From a virus (taxonomy: Duplodnaviria; Heunggongvirae; Uroviricota; Caudoviricetes): DNA of 64,000 bases. The stretch is taken from IMG/VR virus record IMGVR_UViG_3300020156_000001, positions 1 to 64,000 of that record. One strand, written 5' to 3'. A program made the translations under genes and the position numbers. Shown here piece after piece: positions 40,701 to 48,914 of this stretch. The notes below the pieces were generated by a model. It was given only the letters and a program-made list of their open reading frames with translations. It had not been told where the DNA came from and made no database searches. Positions within the stretch are counted from its first letter, which is position 1. Each line of letters begins with the position of its first letter.

Positions 40701-43700
40701 GGCAATTGCAGCGCCGGGTGATCATTACTCCGTTTATAAGCCTGAACCCCTATATGCGAACCAAGGCACAAACCTACTCAATGGTAAGGTTTATGTTTAC
40801 GAATGGGACGCAGATAAGAGCAAGTTTGTACTCCACAGCGTGATCCCAACACCAGCGTTTGGTGCAGCGACTTCCGAGACTATGCGTTTGAGCTGGGATG
40901 GTGATCGTTTAACAGTTGGTATTTCTAATATCCTATATGCGTATGAGCATGTTGAAGATCGTCTTTGGAAGGTTGTTGAAACAACTTCAATGGAAAGCGG
41001 CTTTGTAGGTTCGATCACAGCGTTGGAAGGTCAAGCCCTGCTTATGACCCGTCCAACATCCAAGGGTTACCCAAGTGTAGAAAATTCCGGTGCAATCCGT
41101 GTTCAACTTTACAACGATGGTATCCTAGGAAGCAGCCGTGGAATCCGTGCAGGTGCAAACGCAGAAGTGTTCAACAATGGTACTGATACTGTTGGTCGTG
41201 GTGGCGGTGGTGCAGGCGCTATCGGTGGTAAGGCTTCGGGCTACCTCAGCATCCGTGGTAAGGCAACTGGTGGTTCTAACTTGGTCCCAGCTGGTGCAAA
41301 CGAGTTTATCAGCAATGGTACAACCCGTGCAAACGCGATAAGCGAACATGCAACTGGTGCCGGTGGTAATGCTCCTGGTGCAAATGGTGAAAACGCACGC
41401 ATTGTTATCAAGGCTGGTGAAACAACTACAGTATTTGACTTCAATGGCTTTGATCAGAACTATGTGGTTCCAGCGGGTGTTTCGGAAATCGAATTCACAA
41501 TGTGGGGTGCAGGTGGTGGCTCGGCCAGCGATCGTGATCTAACAGAGTGGTATCAAGCTCGTAGTGGTCGCGGCGGTGCTGGTGCTTGCGTAAGCGGCAC
41601 GCTTGCTGTTACTGCTGGTGAAACACTCAAGCTGATCGTAGGCGGCGGTGGTTCCGGTGGTAAGCGTTTTGCTGAATCTCCAAGCCTCAAAAAGCAGCTC
41701 AAGTATGGCTTGGGTGGTATTGGTAGCCTAGCACAGAACGCTTCAGATAACTCCGGTGGCTGCGGTGGCGGTCTAGCTGCTATTGCACGCGGCGAAACCT
41801 ATCTCGCTATTGCTGGCGGTGGTGCGGGCGGTTCTATGGCTGTGGCAGCAAATGTCCGCTTGGATGGTCTGCCTGGTGGTCTTCTTGTGGATCAGGACGT
41901 TTCAATCTCCAACTCTACATCTAGCGATGCAGATCACATTTATGCTCCAGGCATTACAAACTCTCGTGCAGCTGGCGACTACTTTGGTTACAAAGTTGCT
42001 ATTGCTGGCGACGATAGCATTCTTGTTGGTGCTCCTGGTCATGACTATGATTATGTTGGCGATCGTCTTCCAGACAATGCTGGTGCCGTATACGCTTATG
42101 CTCGCACAAACGGCAAGTGGGAAATCACAACAAAGATCAACTCTGCAGTTCCAACAACTGGCGAGTTCTTTGGCTTGGACATCAACGTTGCTGCGGACAA
42201 GGTAGCAGTGTTGGGCGGTTCTCCAAAGGGCTATGGCGTAGGTTACCTACACGAGTACGTCGATGCTCTATCCAGCAACTCACTGGAAGTGTTCACACGT
42301 ACGGGTGATTCACTTACAAGCCTAGCCAAGACGCTTATCACAGACCCGGTTAAGACTGGTAAGAGTGTTGTACTTGATGGCAATGATTTGGTTTTGGGTA
42401 CTCCATCACTTAGAACAAATGGTCTGGCAACTCCATTGATTCAAGCCGGCGGCTTTGAAACATATGCGATCAATGCGCCAACAATGTCCAAGGTAGATAC
42501 CCAAGTTTCCGCTGGTGTTTCGCATGGTCGTTTTGGTGGTGACAAGTTTGGTTCTTCTGTGGAGCTTATCGGTAACCAAGTTGTTATCGGTGCCCCAGGA
42601 CACGACTACACAACAAACGGCGAAGACTATCGTTTGGATCAAGGCGCATTGTTCGTATTTGAGAAGAAGGGTCCGGTTTACAGCTTCCGTAGCAAGATCA
42701 ACTTGGAACTCGAATCCGAAGCAACAGGCTTTGGTAAGACTCTAAAGGTAATCGGCGACAAGCTCTATGCGGGCACTGATGATGTTGCTCATAACGTTGA
42801 ACTAACACAAACAAACGGCAACTGGGCAATTTCCAAGCATATTGAATCCACTGCGGGTAAGATTGCTGAGATTGTAAGCCAGAACAAGCTGATCGTGTTG
42901 GATCCAACAAGTGGTGCAGGTCTAAATGGTCAGCCAACTCTTGCGGCTTCTGGTATTGCTCACACGTTTGCAATCGAATCCGATGGCACAACAACAGATC
43001 AGAATCAGTCCTATACGATCCCAGGCAAGTCCCGTGGTCGTAACGCGGGTGATCAGTTCGGTTACTCCGTATACGCGGGCAATGACTTTGTTGTTGTTGG
43101 TGCTCCAAACCACAGCTTTGATGCAAATGGTCTCACACAGGACAAGGCAGGCGCGTTGTTCGTATTCAACAAGTCCGGCGACAAGTGGAATGCAGAAACA
43201 AAGATCGTTCCTGATCTAGCAGCTACAACAGGTTTCGGTCGCACAATTGCTGGCCGTAACGGTTGGATCATTACAAGCGGTCTAACATTGGATGATGGCT
43301 TTGCTCGTGTAATGCAGCGCGTGGCAACTGGTGTTTGGGAAACTCGTAAGGATTACACTGGTACGGGTATTGGTGGTGATGGTTTTGGTATGGCAGTGGC
43401 TGCCGCAGACACAAATAAGTTTGCAATTGGCTCTCCGCTATCCGATTCTGACTTCACAGATACTGGTTCAGTTCAAACATACGAGCGTGTTGGCGCGGAT
43501 TGGTTCAACCGCAATACTCTGCAAACACAAGGTCTAACAAAGGGTCGCAACGCAGGCGATTGGTTTGGTTACTCCGTAGCGTCGAACAAGAACTATGTGG
43601 TAATCGGTTCTCCAAAGTATGCGTATGATGCAGTTGGTGCAAATGAACTAGCTGAATCTGGTGCACTCTGGATCTACTTGAAGAACAGCAAGTTCCCAAT

Positions 43701-44220
43701 GATTGGCAAATATGTGAGCCCAGTTCGTTCGGAAAATGGTCTCTTTGGTAATGCAGTGGGCATTGATGAAAAGAGCAACCGCATTGCTGTTGGTGAACCT
43801 GGTACAAATAGTGTTCACGTGTTTGCGTTCGATGGTGAAACTCTCACTTTGGAACAAACGCTAACAGTTAGCGTTGGTACTAATGAAGTATTTGGCGTAA
43901 CATTGGCGTTTAACGCGAACACAATTATTGTGGGTTCGGCAAAAGCTTCCACTGATGCCGATGGCGCAAATGAACTTGCTGATGCAGGTGCGGCCTATGT
44001 ATTCGTCCGCGATAACTCCAACGCAACTTGGAGTCTCAAGGAAAAGATCGCAGGCTTTGCAGAACCAAATGGTCGTCAAGATGGCGATCTAATGGGAACT
44101 GCCGTTGCAATCGACGCAAAGGGCTCGGCAATTATTGGTGCTCCAGGTCACGATTGGGATATCAATGGTGCAAACGAAGTTGCCGACGCTGGTGCAGTAT
44201 TGATCAAAAAGGTAAAATGA
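34705..44220 (+). CDS. Second giant FG-GAP protein with glycine-rich and LamG domains
   Basis: FG-GAP repeats; LamG (FTLSKW...WIHMAIT...LFVNGE); ATG 34705 after GGAGA SD (frame also open from GTG 34672). Confidence 0.9.
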   Translation: MTSIPDNSVNGHDLIINGNSKMSEGIQEKSVVHKASIKPTTVGFLTSADNFGSIMDIFEDVLVVGSPTVNQLSGAVWVFEKTSKQRIRKSQKVSRERQTFTHTGSKQTWTAPENVKNVTIQLVGAGGGGNALGTHLGGNGAYVKAVIAVDPGKTYDIIVGQGGVAAGTTRPFGGGGRVPENSIGGSGGGRSAIADPVFGDMLTAGGGGGAGKDGPGGFAGVKAGDGVALKADGSAIVPAVNAIGANEYLTGFNASALTTNYLVDGLWTLTNNIMDPATGVEKPNYLNTKYQGEDAKAALSLLGKTVNESGAGGGGFAGGAAGPESYGERFRTTVGNIFPTGGSGSGGSSMADPTLAFPFRNTEDMIRDVVVFDGNARQLPVEFDAFGHGGDDTTPGQDGTIVIEWDVYAEGDDETTEDLQDWKETHFYTFNPVDAGGINYSCRVGAAVATNGEYIAIGSPYDLANSDGNLFAPPQIGGNGTLTILKKENGAWVRTQRIIATGTNGRTDNLFGASVKFIGGKLFVGAPTSDTDSTGANAVTDAGEVFVFELVNDAWVQTGRISATGTNSRIASDSFGYKLAGFGDTLMVASKNSYDALGANLVAGAGSVFVYNVDTLAQVQRIAGPRIANAGFGSSMSVKAGTMVIGAEGTAETYVYKLENTTWVQETKKSHAASHLISYCPMLVTGNTVAQSVNGLNFTYESHTMSEGISGGTLGDIYQFYFGNTQRGRSRSNNNMGFTQNYGRRGGFRASVPAILSRTEFTLSKWLYILQPQTFTGFENAGTPMPLFRRGSLWGVFLERSSGEANGGNLYLQVANSGNPKRFHFGKLPKDRWIHMAITLKGTKLRLFVNGELRNTYDIASVSLADDPSIPISWGYNPAIDALEAPLYGMGDFALYDIARYDQSYTPSDTSYFETHWNEIPKDPSTFGRGKAAFVVDENTILEGLPTSYSDEAVHHNPRTRHQNSTVHHEDIMMNSGKVEITQFDGEEWTTEKSLPIITPGHAYIRPNYGTQFGKNVHIDKDHLYVYAMDSMEHASNWSPSLGAVWTFDVQNDFKLIEKVLSPARKDAAMGDLKVENVDKMSIVDRSATVRNELYFGFETMALINNGDNHVPYAFKKLYYADRQQRRTDIEVDSSGLPFSTASYYYQTITSAEMKTQQISSLNAPFATFNSIASPMPAAKVFERNLVSDSSGKTYVMQPNERSTFGPYTKSFPGKVSELQYQINGSYNFVETFAMPGSEGANTGYDTFGLTVKVVNDTVWIGSSQSLHTQYNWNSGYYFGKIYSYKYFKERAGWDIDRTLQNIPSATPATHPMFGSSFDIKGDFLLARSRGAANTTAYLYKINEDSFELVQQVTVGTDSDDNKFAGSAVAFFGDSMESVIGSPWTHTPSRNYVGRVDHYGWDETAGQLVPDSVLYRPTMLVDDREYVTSLGSAAVLSNGRLFVGADYYSKDEAFNLTRGGNGAVYYYDKNADGYWEQKGIMSNYVGNTGLRMGARIHVMGDSVLMHGNYPSNNRVDLMKHDAVTDTYAFVKSFTSSPNKYPASGAFVSENHIVIGQIYTTAQVNQTGPMTGSWVEYKGADATWTVGSDHYVPMITNGAYDYGVIDYTSFANTIYGRATDERFGTDVKLSADKSMLLVGAPSNYYNANHVSKNPVGNLGAVVAFYWDETNTKWRLNTKIHDTNSETQGTQFGQKITRSGNDFIVTSYGTTLEGIITTLSYDVSGVNAKWTQKFQLKNNVGYTYFGSGVAYDSVRDLYVVGTEMGSVDSMQSGLFETITSTKTRQSYSIAGSVNNRVAGMAFGYSVATYDGKMAVGAPYYPYSNNGTTPAGPGGGLVYTYELTPNNTFKPVQKITFENQATNHFGLQLGISNEQMFVTGTSTKPVVLSKDGSGKFVNPVTVNAINSSGQTITPRTVAWDPETKESAFVGLSSNVWNIPLNFGPNGVVVPLNWDGDKYVQDTAFSSASVTATNIVDLPNLALSLNTQFGQHGMAFSPDKTKLAIAAPGDHYSVYKPEPLYANQGTNLLNGKVYVYEWDADKSKFVLHSVIPTPAFGAATSETMRLSWDGDRLTVGISNILYAYEHVEDRLWKVVETTSMESGFVGSITALEGQALLMTRPTSKGYPSVENSGAIRVQLYNDGILGSSRGIRAGANAEVFNNGTDTVGRGGGGAGAIGGKASGYLSIRGKATGGSNLVPAGANEFISNGTTRANAISEHATGAGGNAPGANGENARIVIKAGETTTVFDFNGFDQNYVVPAGVSEIEFTMWGAGGGSASDRDLTEWYQARSGRGGAGACVSGTLAVTAGETLKLIVGGGGSGGKRFAESPSLKKQLKYGLGGIGSLAQNASDNSGGCGGGLAAIARGETYLAIAGGGAGGSMAVAANVRLDGLPGGLLVDQDVSISNSTSSDADHIYAPGITNSRAAGDYFGYKVAIAGDDSILVGAPGHDYDYVGDRLPDNAGAVYAYARTNGKWEITTKINSAVPTTGEFFGLDINVAADKVAVLGGSPKGYGVGYLHEYVDALSSNSLEVFTRTGDSLTSLAKTLITDPVKTGKSVVLDGNDLVLGTPSLRTNGLATPLIQAGGFETYAINAPTMSKVDTQVSAGVSHGRFGGDKFGSSVELIGNQVVIGAPGHDYTTNGEDYRLDQGALFVFEKKGPVYSFRSKINLELESEATGFGKTLKVIGDKLYAGTDDVAHNVELTQTNGNWAISKHIESTAGKIAEIVSQNKLIVLDPTSGAGLNGQPTLAASGIAHTFAIESDGTTTDQNQSYTIPGKSRGRNAGDQFGYSVYAGNDFVVVGAPNHSFDANGLTQDKAGALFVFNKSGDKWNAETKIVPDLAATTGFGRTIAGRNGWIITSGLTLDDGFARVMQRVATGVWETRKDYTGTGIGGDGFGMAVAAADTNKFAIGSPLSDSDFTDTGSVQTYERVGADWFNRNTLQTQGLTKGRNAGDWFGYSVASNKNYVVIGSPKYAYDAVGANELAESGALWIYLKNSKFPMIGKYVSPVRSENGLFGNAVGIDEKSNRIAVGEPGTNSVHVFAFDGETLTLEQTLTVSVGTNEVFGVTLAFNANTIIVGSAKASTDADGANELADAGAAYVFVRDNSNATWSLKEKIAGFAEPNGRQDGDLMGTAVAIDAKGSAIIGAPGHDWDINGANEVADAGAVLIKKVK

Positions 44221-44225
44221 TATGG

Positions 44226-44257
44226 AAAAGGAGTTGGGGATTAGCCCAACTCCTTTT
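44226..44257. terminator. Bidirectional intrinsic terminator
   Basis: AAAAGGAGTTGGG-gattag-CCCAACTCCTTTT between convergent genes. Confidence 0.85.
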
Positions 44258-44283
44258 GAACCGTTGCCCCTGAGGGCGCCGGA

Positions 44284-44655
44284 TTAGGCACCCTTGGTGA
44301 TGGTTGCCTTGGCGCCTTCAATGCCGGCGTCAGCGTCTTCAGTGAGGTAGAACCAGCCGTAGCGATCAGCCTGGACGCCGAACTTCTTGCCCTGCTCGAG
44401 GGAAATGTTCAGCTTGTCAAGCTGTTCGTCGGAAAGTTGAACCTTCAGGTTCGAACCCTGCGTCGGTGCGCTTAGGAAGTCGGCAAAAACGTGCGGGCCT
44501 TTTGCACGATCAGTTGGGCGGACGAACAGTGTGCCGTCCTTAACTGCCATGCGGAAGCGCGTTCCGTTGGCATGCTTGGTCATGAAGGCCGAAGCAGCAG
44601 CCGAGTTGAACGAAATGCCTACAGCGCGGGAAGCGGTTTCGGTTTGATTTTCCAT
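44284..44655 (-). CDS. Hypothetical protein, paralog of 44984..45319
   Basis: KDGTLFVRP...RYGWFYL; start moved to ATG after AGGAGATCGA. Confidence 0.75.
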   Translation of the reverse strand: MENQTETASRAVGISFNSAAASAFMTKHANGTRFRMAVKDGTLFVRPTDRAKGPHVFADFLSAPTQGSNLKVQLSDEQLDKLNISLEQGKKFGVQADRYGWFYLTEDADAGIEGAKATITKGA

Positions 44656-44983
44656 TTTTCGATCTCCTATTGAGAAGTGCATCATGCTCTTCTTTAAGTT
44701 GCTAAACAGTTGCATCCCCTGCTCACTGCTTATGTCAGCCAATGTAATATTTTGCGGTTTTAAGTCAACCATAATGCTGAAAAAGGACGAGTCCTGACAA
44801 CACTTTTTCCAAGAACTCTACAAAATCAAGCACTTACAAATCGTAACTTTATCAACTAGTTACGTAAGAATGCTTGTCTCGCAACTTACGATGACCAAAA
44901 TCAGCTTCCAAAAGGACTTCTGATATGGCTGGAGAGGATCCTTTTCAGATCCTCTCCAATTGTTTTCCGACGTTTGCGGCCGC

Positions 44984-45319
44984 TTACTTAGCAGCAACGC
45001 GACCGAAAGCCGTGCCCTTGGCCGGGGTGCCGGCGATCGGAGCAAGCGAAACCCAACCGTACTTGGCCTTGACCAGTTCGTAAGCTGCACCAGCTTCCAG
45101 GGCGGCCAGATCCGAAACCGTTACGCGGGCGCCGTTGACCTTGGAACCTTCAACCTTGAAGCTCAGCTTGCGCATTGTTTCGCCTTCCGGGAGATTCGTT
45201 GAGATCACCCGAGCCGACGGACGAACCTGGAGAACGCCGTCCTTTTCGCGAACACGAATCTGCTTGTTTTCGCCGATGAGTGCGAGAGCTGCAACGTTGA
45301 AGTTAAGAACCTTTGCCAT
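44984..45319 (-). CDS. Hypothetical basic protein, paralog of 44284..44655
   Basis: KDGVLQVRP...KYGWVSL; AGGAAG SD; hairpin TGGAGAGGATC/GATCCTCTCCA downstream. Confidence 0.75.
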   Translation of the reverse strand: MAKVLNFNVAALALIGENKQIRVREKDGVLQVRPSARVISTNLPEGETMRKLSFKVEGSKVNGARVTVSDLAALEAGAAYELVKAKYGWVSLAPIAGTPAKGTAFGRVAAK

Positions 45320-45470
45320 GTAAGTCTTCCTTTTCTCGATCTGTGCGCGTTAGTGCGCGTTTCTGTGTTTGCATTTCCAGCGCGTTGTTTGTTGCGCTTA
45401 TGCCATTAAAGTAACACAGGAAGAGAAAGTGTCAACCAGTATATTCCTAAAAAAGCGAAAAGAATTGAAA

Positions 45471-45923
45471 TTATTTGGAAAGCTTTGAAACCATTGATAA
45501 TTTTTTACGAGCATCTTTCAAAATGTCGTAGGTTTCTTTTAATCTGTTACGCAAAACAATTTCCTGACTACGCCACCATACATCCTGTTCATCGAACTTT
45601 GCTCGATGTTTGATATAATCGGTATAAGCGGTAGTAGCTTCATCTTGTACTTCATTGAAGATCACCCACATATCATGCGTGGGATCATCCGGATCAGGAC
45701 ACGTTGGTTCTAACCCAATAGTAATGTTGAAACGCTTGATCTGTTCGGGATGAGTATCATCATACTCCTGCTTGACCAAGCTGATATAACGGGACAAGTT
45801 CACGCAGGCTTTGGCCCAGGTGTCAAAATCACCCCTGAGCCAAGCATCCAAATCACGTGGATGGTAAGGATTCCCATTGACCCATATTAGATAGTCTTCA
45901 ATGGGATGCGGTTCCTTAGGCAT
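45471..45923 (-). CDS. Hypothetical protein
   Basis: 150 aa, overlaps upstream stop. Confidence 0.6.
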   Translation of the reverse strand: MPKEPHPIEDYLIWVNGNPYHPRDLDAWLRGDFDTWAKACVNLSRYISLVKQEYDDTHPEQIKRFNITIGLEPTCPDPDDPTHDMWVIFNEVQDEATTAYTDYIKHRAKFDEQDVWWRSQEIVLRNRLKETYDILKDARKKLSMVSKLSK

Positions 45924-46371
45924 TTAGCACCGATTGAACAATGCCACTTGCGGTCTTCTTATTCAAAGAAGCACCAAAGTGGTCATTGAGAGCCTTCATC
46001 AACGGGCCCATCAGCTTTTTGCGGTCAGCCGTGGCACCAGCAGTTGCAACAAAATCCGTTGCAAACGTGCGAACTTCATCTTCAGTAGCTTCGGCCGGCA
46101 AAAATGACTTGAGTAGTTCACGCTCAGCAAGAGCACGCTGATACTGGTCCAGGTTCTTAGTCGCGCTGAGCAGTGTGATGTTTTCTTCAGCACCCTTAAG
46201 AAAGCTGTTGATCGCACGAAGTGCTTGATCGTCGCCGAACGTGGTAGCTTTTGGATCTTCCGCCTTTGCGATGTCGTTGGCCTTGGAGCCAACCGAAATC
46301 AAAAATGTTGCAAGGGGATTCTTTGCCTTGCGGTATTCCAGCGTCTTATCCTTTAGTGCCTGCGCGTACAT
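45916..46371 (-). CDS. GatB/YqeY domain protein
   Basis: ERELLKSFLP...MGPLMKAL YqeY pattern; start at MYAQ after AGGAGATCG. Confidence 0.75.
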   Translation of the reverse strand: MYAQALKDKTLEYRKAKNPLATFLISVGSKANDIAKAEDPKATTFGDDQALRAINSFLKGAEENITLLSATKNLDQYQRALAERELLKSFLPAEATEDEVRTFATDFVATAGATADRKKLMGPLMKALNDHFGASLNKKTASGIVQSVLNA

Positions 46372-46795
46372 TGCGATCTCCTTCGTGTAGCAGTACCCTT
46401 GGTCGAATTTTGTCCATGCTATTGCTTTTAGCAAGTTCTTCGGCTTTTGCTAGAGCCTTAGACTCAATCCTGAATTTCTTTGCCTTTGCAAAGTCTTGGG
46501 TCCAATCCTCAACGTATTCGGAAGATGGAACCTCTTTGATAACATCCTTCATAGGAGTCTTGATCACTGTTTCGCGATCACCCCACCGATAGATTCCATT
46601 TTTGCCACGAGCATTTGGAACTTGATAATGACCATAACCTTGCCGATTAACCCGACGATACCGTGGCTTTGCCTTTTCCTTATCGGTCCAATCTCTTGGC
46701 TCTTTTACTTTGATCGTGGTCATGATCGGGCGGGTGCCCGCATAATAGTTGTTGCCCACGCAAATGTAATAGAAGGATCCACGTTTCGTTTTCAT
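46346..46795 (-). CDS. Hypothetical basic protein
   Basis: ATGA overlap with upstream gene. Confidence 0.6.
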   Translation of the reverse strand: MKTKRGSFYYICVGNNYYAGTRPIMTTIKVKEPRDWTDKEKAKPRYRRVNRQGYGHYQVPNARGKNGIYRWGDRETVIKTPMKDVIKEVPSSEYVEDWTQDFAKAKKFRIESKALAKAEELAKSNSMDKIRPRVLLHEGDRNVRAGTKG

Positions 46796-47319
46796 GTTCG
46801 TCCAACCGTAATGTGAAATTTCCAATGGCTTGGTAGTTCAAACTCATCGCGCATGGCTTTGCCAACATCGCATACAGCATCCACAAACCAGTAAACGCCA
46901 AGCTTGTCGCTGCTAGATCCTGGAGTATCGCCAGAGAAACGCACAACGTTGGAGTATTTGAACTCCACACGCTGACCATCATATTTCTTCCACAGGTGCA
47001 TGAGATGTGGACGCGGCTTTTCACCACGAATAATGCTCATGTGAGGACCCCAAGCGGGTAGATGCAAATCCTGCCGCTTATCCTTGTGTAGAGCCCAAGA
47101 AGCTTTTTGCCGATCCAGCGCATCATAGCGAAGTGGATTAATAAAGCGATTTGCCCACCAACGGTAATAGTCAGTAATGCCACGATCAAGCTCAACAACA
47201 ACCCACCACTTTGTTTTGGCCTTCATGTCGCCACGATCCGGATCATAGACGACGGTGCCCCAGCTGGTAAACCAGTTGCGGGTTCGTTCGGCTTCCGTTA
47301 GCTTTACGTGCGCGTTCAT
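46792..47319 (-). CDS. Putative 2H phosphoesterase
   Basis: Two H-x-[ST] motifs (PHMSI, FHITV) in 175 aa; own promoter at ~47412. Confidence 0.6.
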   Translation of the reverse strand: MNAHVKLTEAERTRNWFTSWGTVVYDPDRGDMKAKTKWWVVVELDRGITDYYRWWANRFINPLRYDALDRQKASWALHKDKRQDLHLPAWGPHMSIIRGEKPRPHLMHLWKKYDGQRVEFKYSNVVRFSGDTPGSSSDKLGVYWFVDAVCDVGKAMRDEFELPSHWKFHITVGRT

Positions 47320-47442
47320 TTTAGAATACCAGTAACTTTTGCAGGTAGTTTGTTCGGCTTTTGTTTTGATATGGAAAGTCTCCGCACCATAATAACAGAG
47401 CGGAGACCAAAGTCAATTACTTGATCAGTTTGATATGGAAAA

Positions 47443-47468
47443 GCCCTGAGGTGCTCAATCCTCAGGGC
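47443..47468 (-). terminator. Intrinsic terminator
   Basis: GCCCTGAGG/CCTCAGGGC stem followed on minus strand by TTTTCCATATC. Confidence 0.8.
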
Positions 47469-47478
47469 CGTGCTTAGA

Positions 47479-47886
47479 TTATTTCCAAGCTACCCGAACC
47501 CCATAGGATCCAGGAGATGCGTGGCAGCGAGCCGCCTTTTTGGGGTTTGCTCCAACTTTATTCACGCAGAGCTTGAGGTGGCGCATACCATATTTGAGAC
47601 CTGCGCCGCAACTGTTCAGGGGACCGTCTCCCTTGCGATAGCCGAGTGCTCTTGCACTACCAGGACTAATTTGGAGGGGTCCATTGTAGCGACCCGGTGT
47701 GGAGCAACGGAATGTACTCTCTTTGTTCGCTACATACTCGATGACGTTACGTGGAACGCCATGTGCATCAGCCGATGCAAGGATGATTTGTTTAGACGAT
47801 TTAGGGGAGTTGTTTGCAACCACTTCAGTTGTGCTGCAAGATGCTACCATAACGCCAACGGCAATCATTGCCAGTATTTTTTTCAT
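47479..47886 (-). CDS. SLT lytic transglycosylase, lipoprotein signal
   Basis: MKKILAMIAVGVMVASC signal; KESTF and GPLQI SLT motifs. Confidence 0.75.
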   Translation of the reverse strand: MKKILAMIAVGVMVASCSTTEVVANNSPKSSKQIILASADAHGVPRNVIEYVANKESTFRCSTPGRYNGPLQISPGSARALGYRKGDGPLNSCGAGLKYGMRHLKLCVNKVGANPKKAARCHASPGSYGVRVAWK

Positions 47887-47909
47887 TGTTATTTCCTTTG
47901 TTTGGGCCC

Positions 47910-48311
47910 TTAATGGGTCCATTCTCTTTTTGAACCAACATCCACGTGTAGGAGACCGGGTTGACCCTTATATGTCCCTATTCCGCCAATGCCTGGGGCT
48001 CGTTTTGCAATCCGTTTCAGGGCATTCGTTGAATACCCGGGAACTCTAATGTCGGCAGCTTTACAAGAGCGGTGTAAGCTTGCGCGTCGGCCATGTCTAC
48101 GGTGGCCAGACGTAATGATTATTTGTCCTTTAGTTTCCTTTTTAATGTAGGTGAGAACACCCAGTAGTTTTGCTGGAAAACAGCCATAACTGACTGTTTT
48201 GGTTTGTGGTACGAAAAGCTGTTTAGTCCGTCTTACTTCAGTACCTGATGCGATGGACGCTGACAACACTAAGGCTATCAGGGCCACGCATAAGCCCTTT
48301 TGGTATTTCAA
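47910..48311 (-). CDS. Peptidase M15 (YcbK/DUF882-like) with signal peptide
   Basis: ITSGHR, SLH..CKAADI, GIGTY, LHVDVG; hydrophobic N-terminus. Confidence 0.82.
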   Translation of the reverse strand: MKYQKGLCVALIALVLSASIASGTEVRRTKQLFVPQTKTVSYGCFPAKLLGVLTYIKKETKGQIIITSGHRRHGRRASLHRSCKAADIRVPGYSTNALKRIAKRAPGIGGIGTYKGQPGLLHVDVGSKREWTH

Positions 48312-48335
48312 TATTACTCCTTTTTTGATATAGAA

Positions 48336-48359
48336 AAAGGGCGGACTAAGCCGCCCTTT
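48336..48359 (-). terminator. Intrinsic terminator
   Basis: AAAGGGCGG-actaag-CCGCCCTTT with T-tract. Confidence 0.75.
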
Positions 48360-48380
48360 CGGTGCTTATGTATTTAGCCC

Positions 48381-48725
48381 TTACGCAGTCACTTTTTCGA
48401 CAAATTCCTGCGTAGTGCTGTTCCACGTATATGCTTTGCCTTCCATGCGGAGACCCAGCAGATCCGAAAGGTTGATCATGCGAAACGCACCCTTGGTGTC
48501 TTCGCTGCCGTCGGCGTGTTGGACAACCTTCTGCATATCATAAACGACAAGCAGGTCCTTTGCCTTGGGATCGAACTTGAGGCCAACGCCCTTAACGCCC
48601 TTTTGAACGTTGCGGCGGCAATTCATCGTGCGCTCTTCGCCGTTTGTGCGCTTGATAAAGTCCACGGTGAACACCTTGCCCGTAGCAGTCTTTTCGAGAA
48701 AATCTGCAAGCTTGAGATTGGCCAT
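48381..48725 (-). CDS. WYL-like/SH3-fold small phage protein
   Basis: FTVDFIKRTNGEERTMNC...VYDM...FRMINL pattern. Confidence 0.65.
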   Translation of the reverse strand: MANLKLADFLEKTATGKVFTVDFIKRTNGEERTMNCRRNVQKGVKGVGLKFDPKAKDLLVVYDMQKVVQHADGSEDTKGAFRMINLSDLLGLRMEGKAYTWNSTTQEFVEKVTA

Positions 48726-48914
48726 TTCGATCACTCCTTTGTTAAACAACTGTCCACATCCTATGCGAGGACAGCCACTTTGTCAAGGCTGCTAGAGTAG
48801 AAATAGGAAGAAATCTGTTCCTGTTTGTCCACCTTACCACTTAAAGTAAACAAACTGCTAATAAAGATCAAGCCTAAAGTCATGGAAATGGCCGGAACAA
48901 GTCCGGCCATTCAA

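Noticed and set aside
22940-44079. Numerous antisense and off-frame ORFs within the giant genes and the left structural block
   Set aside because: Shadow ORFs from biased codon usage; no SD, promoter or recognisable motifs.
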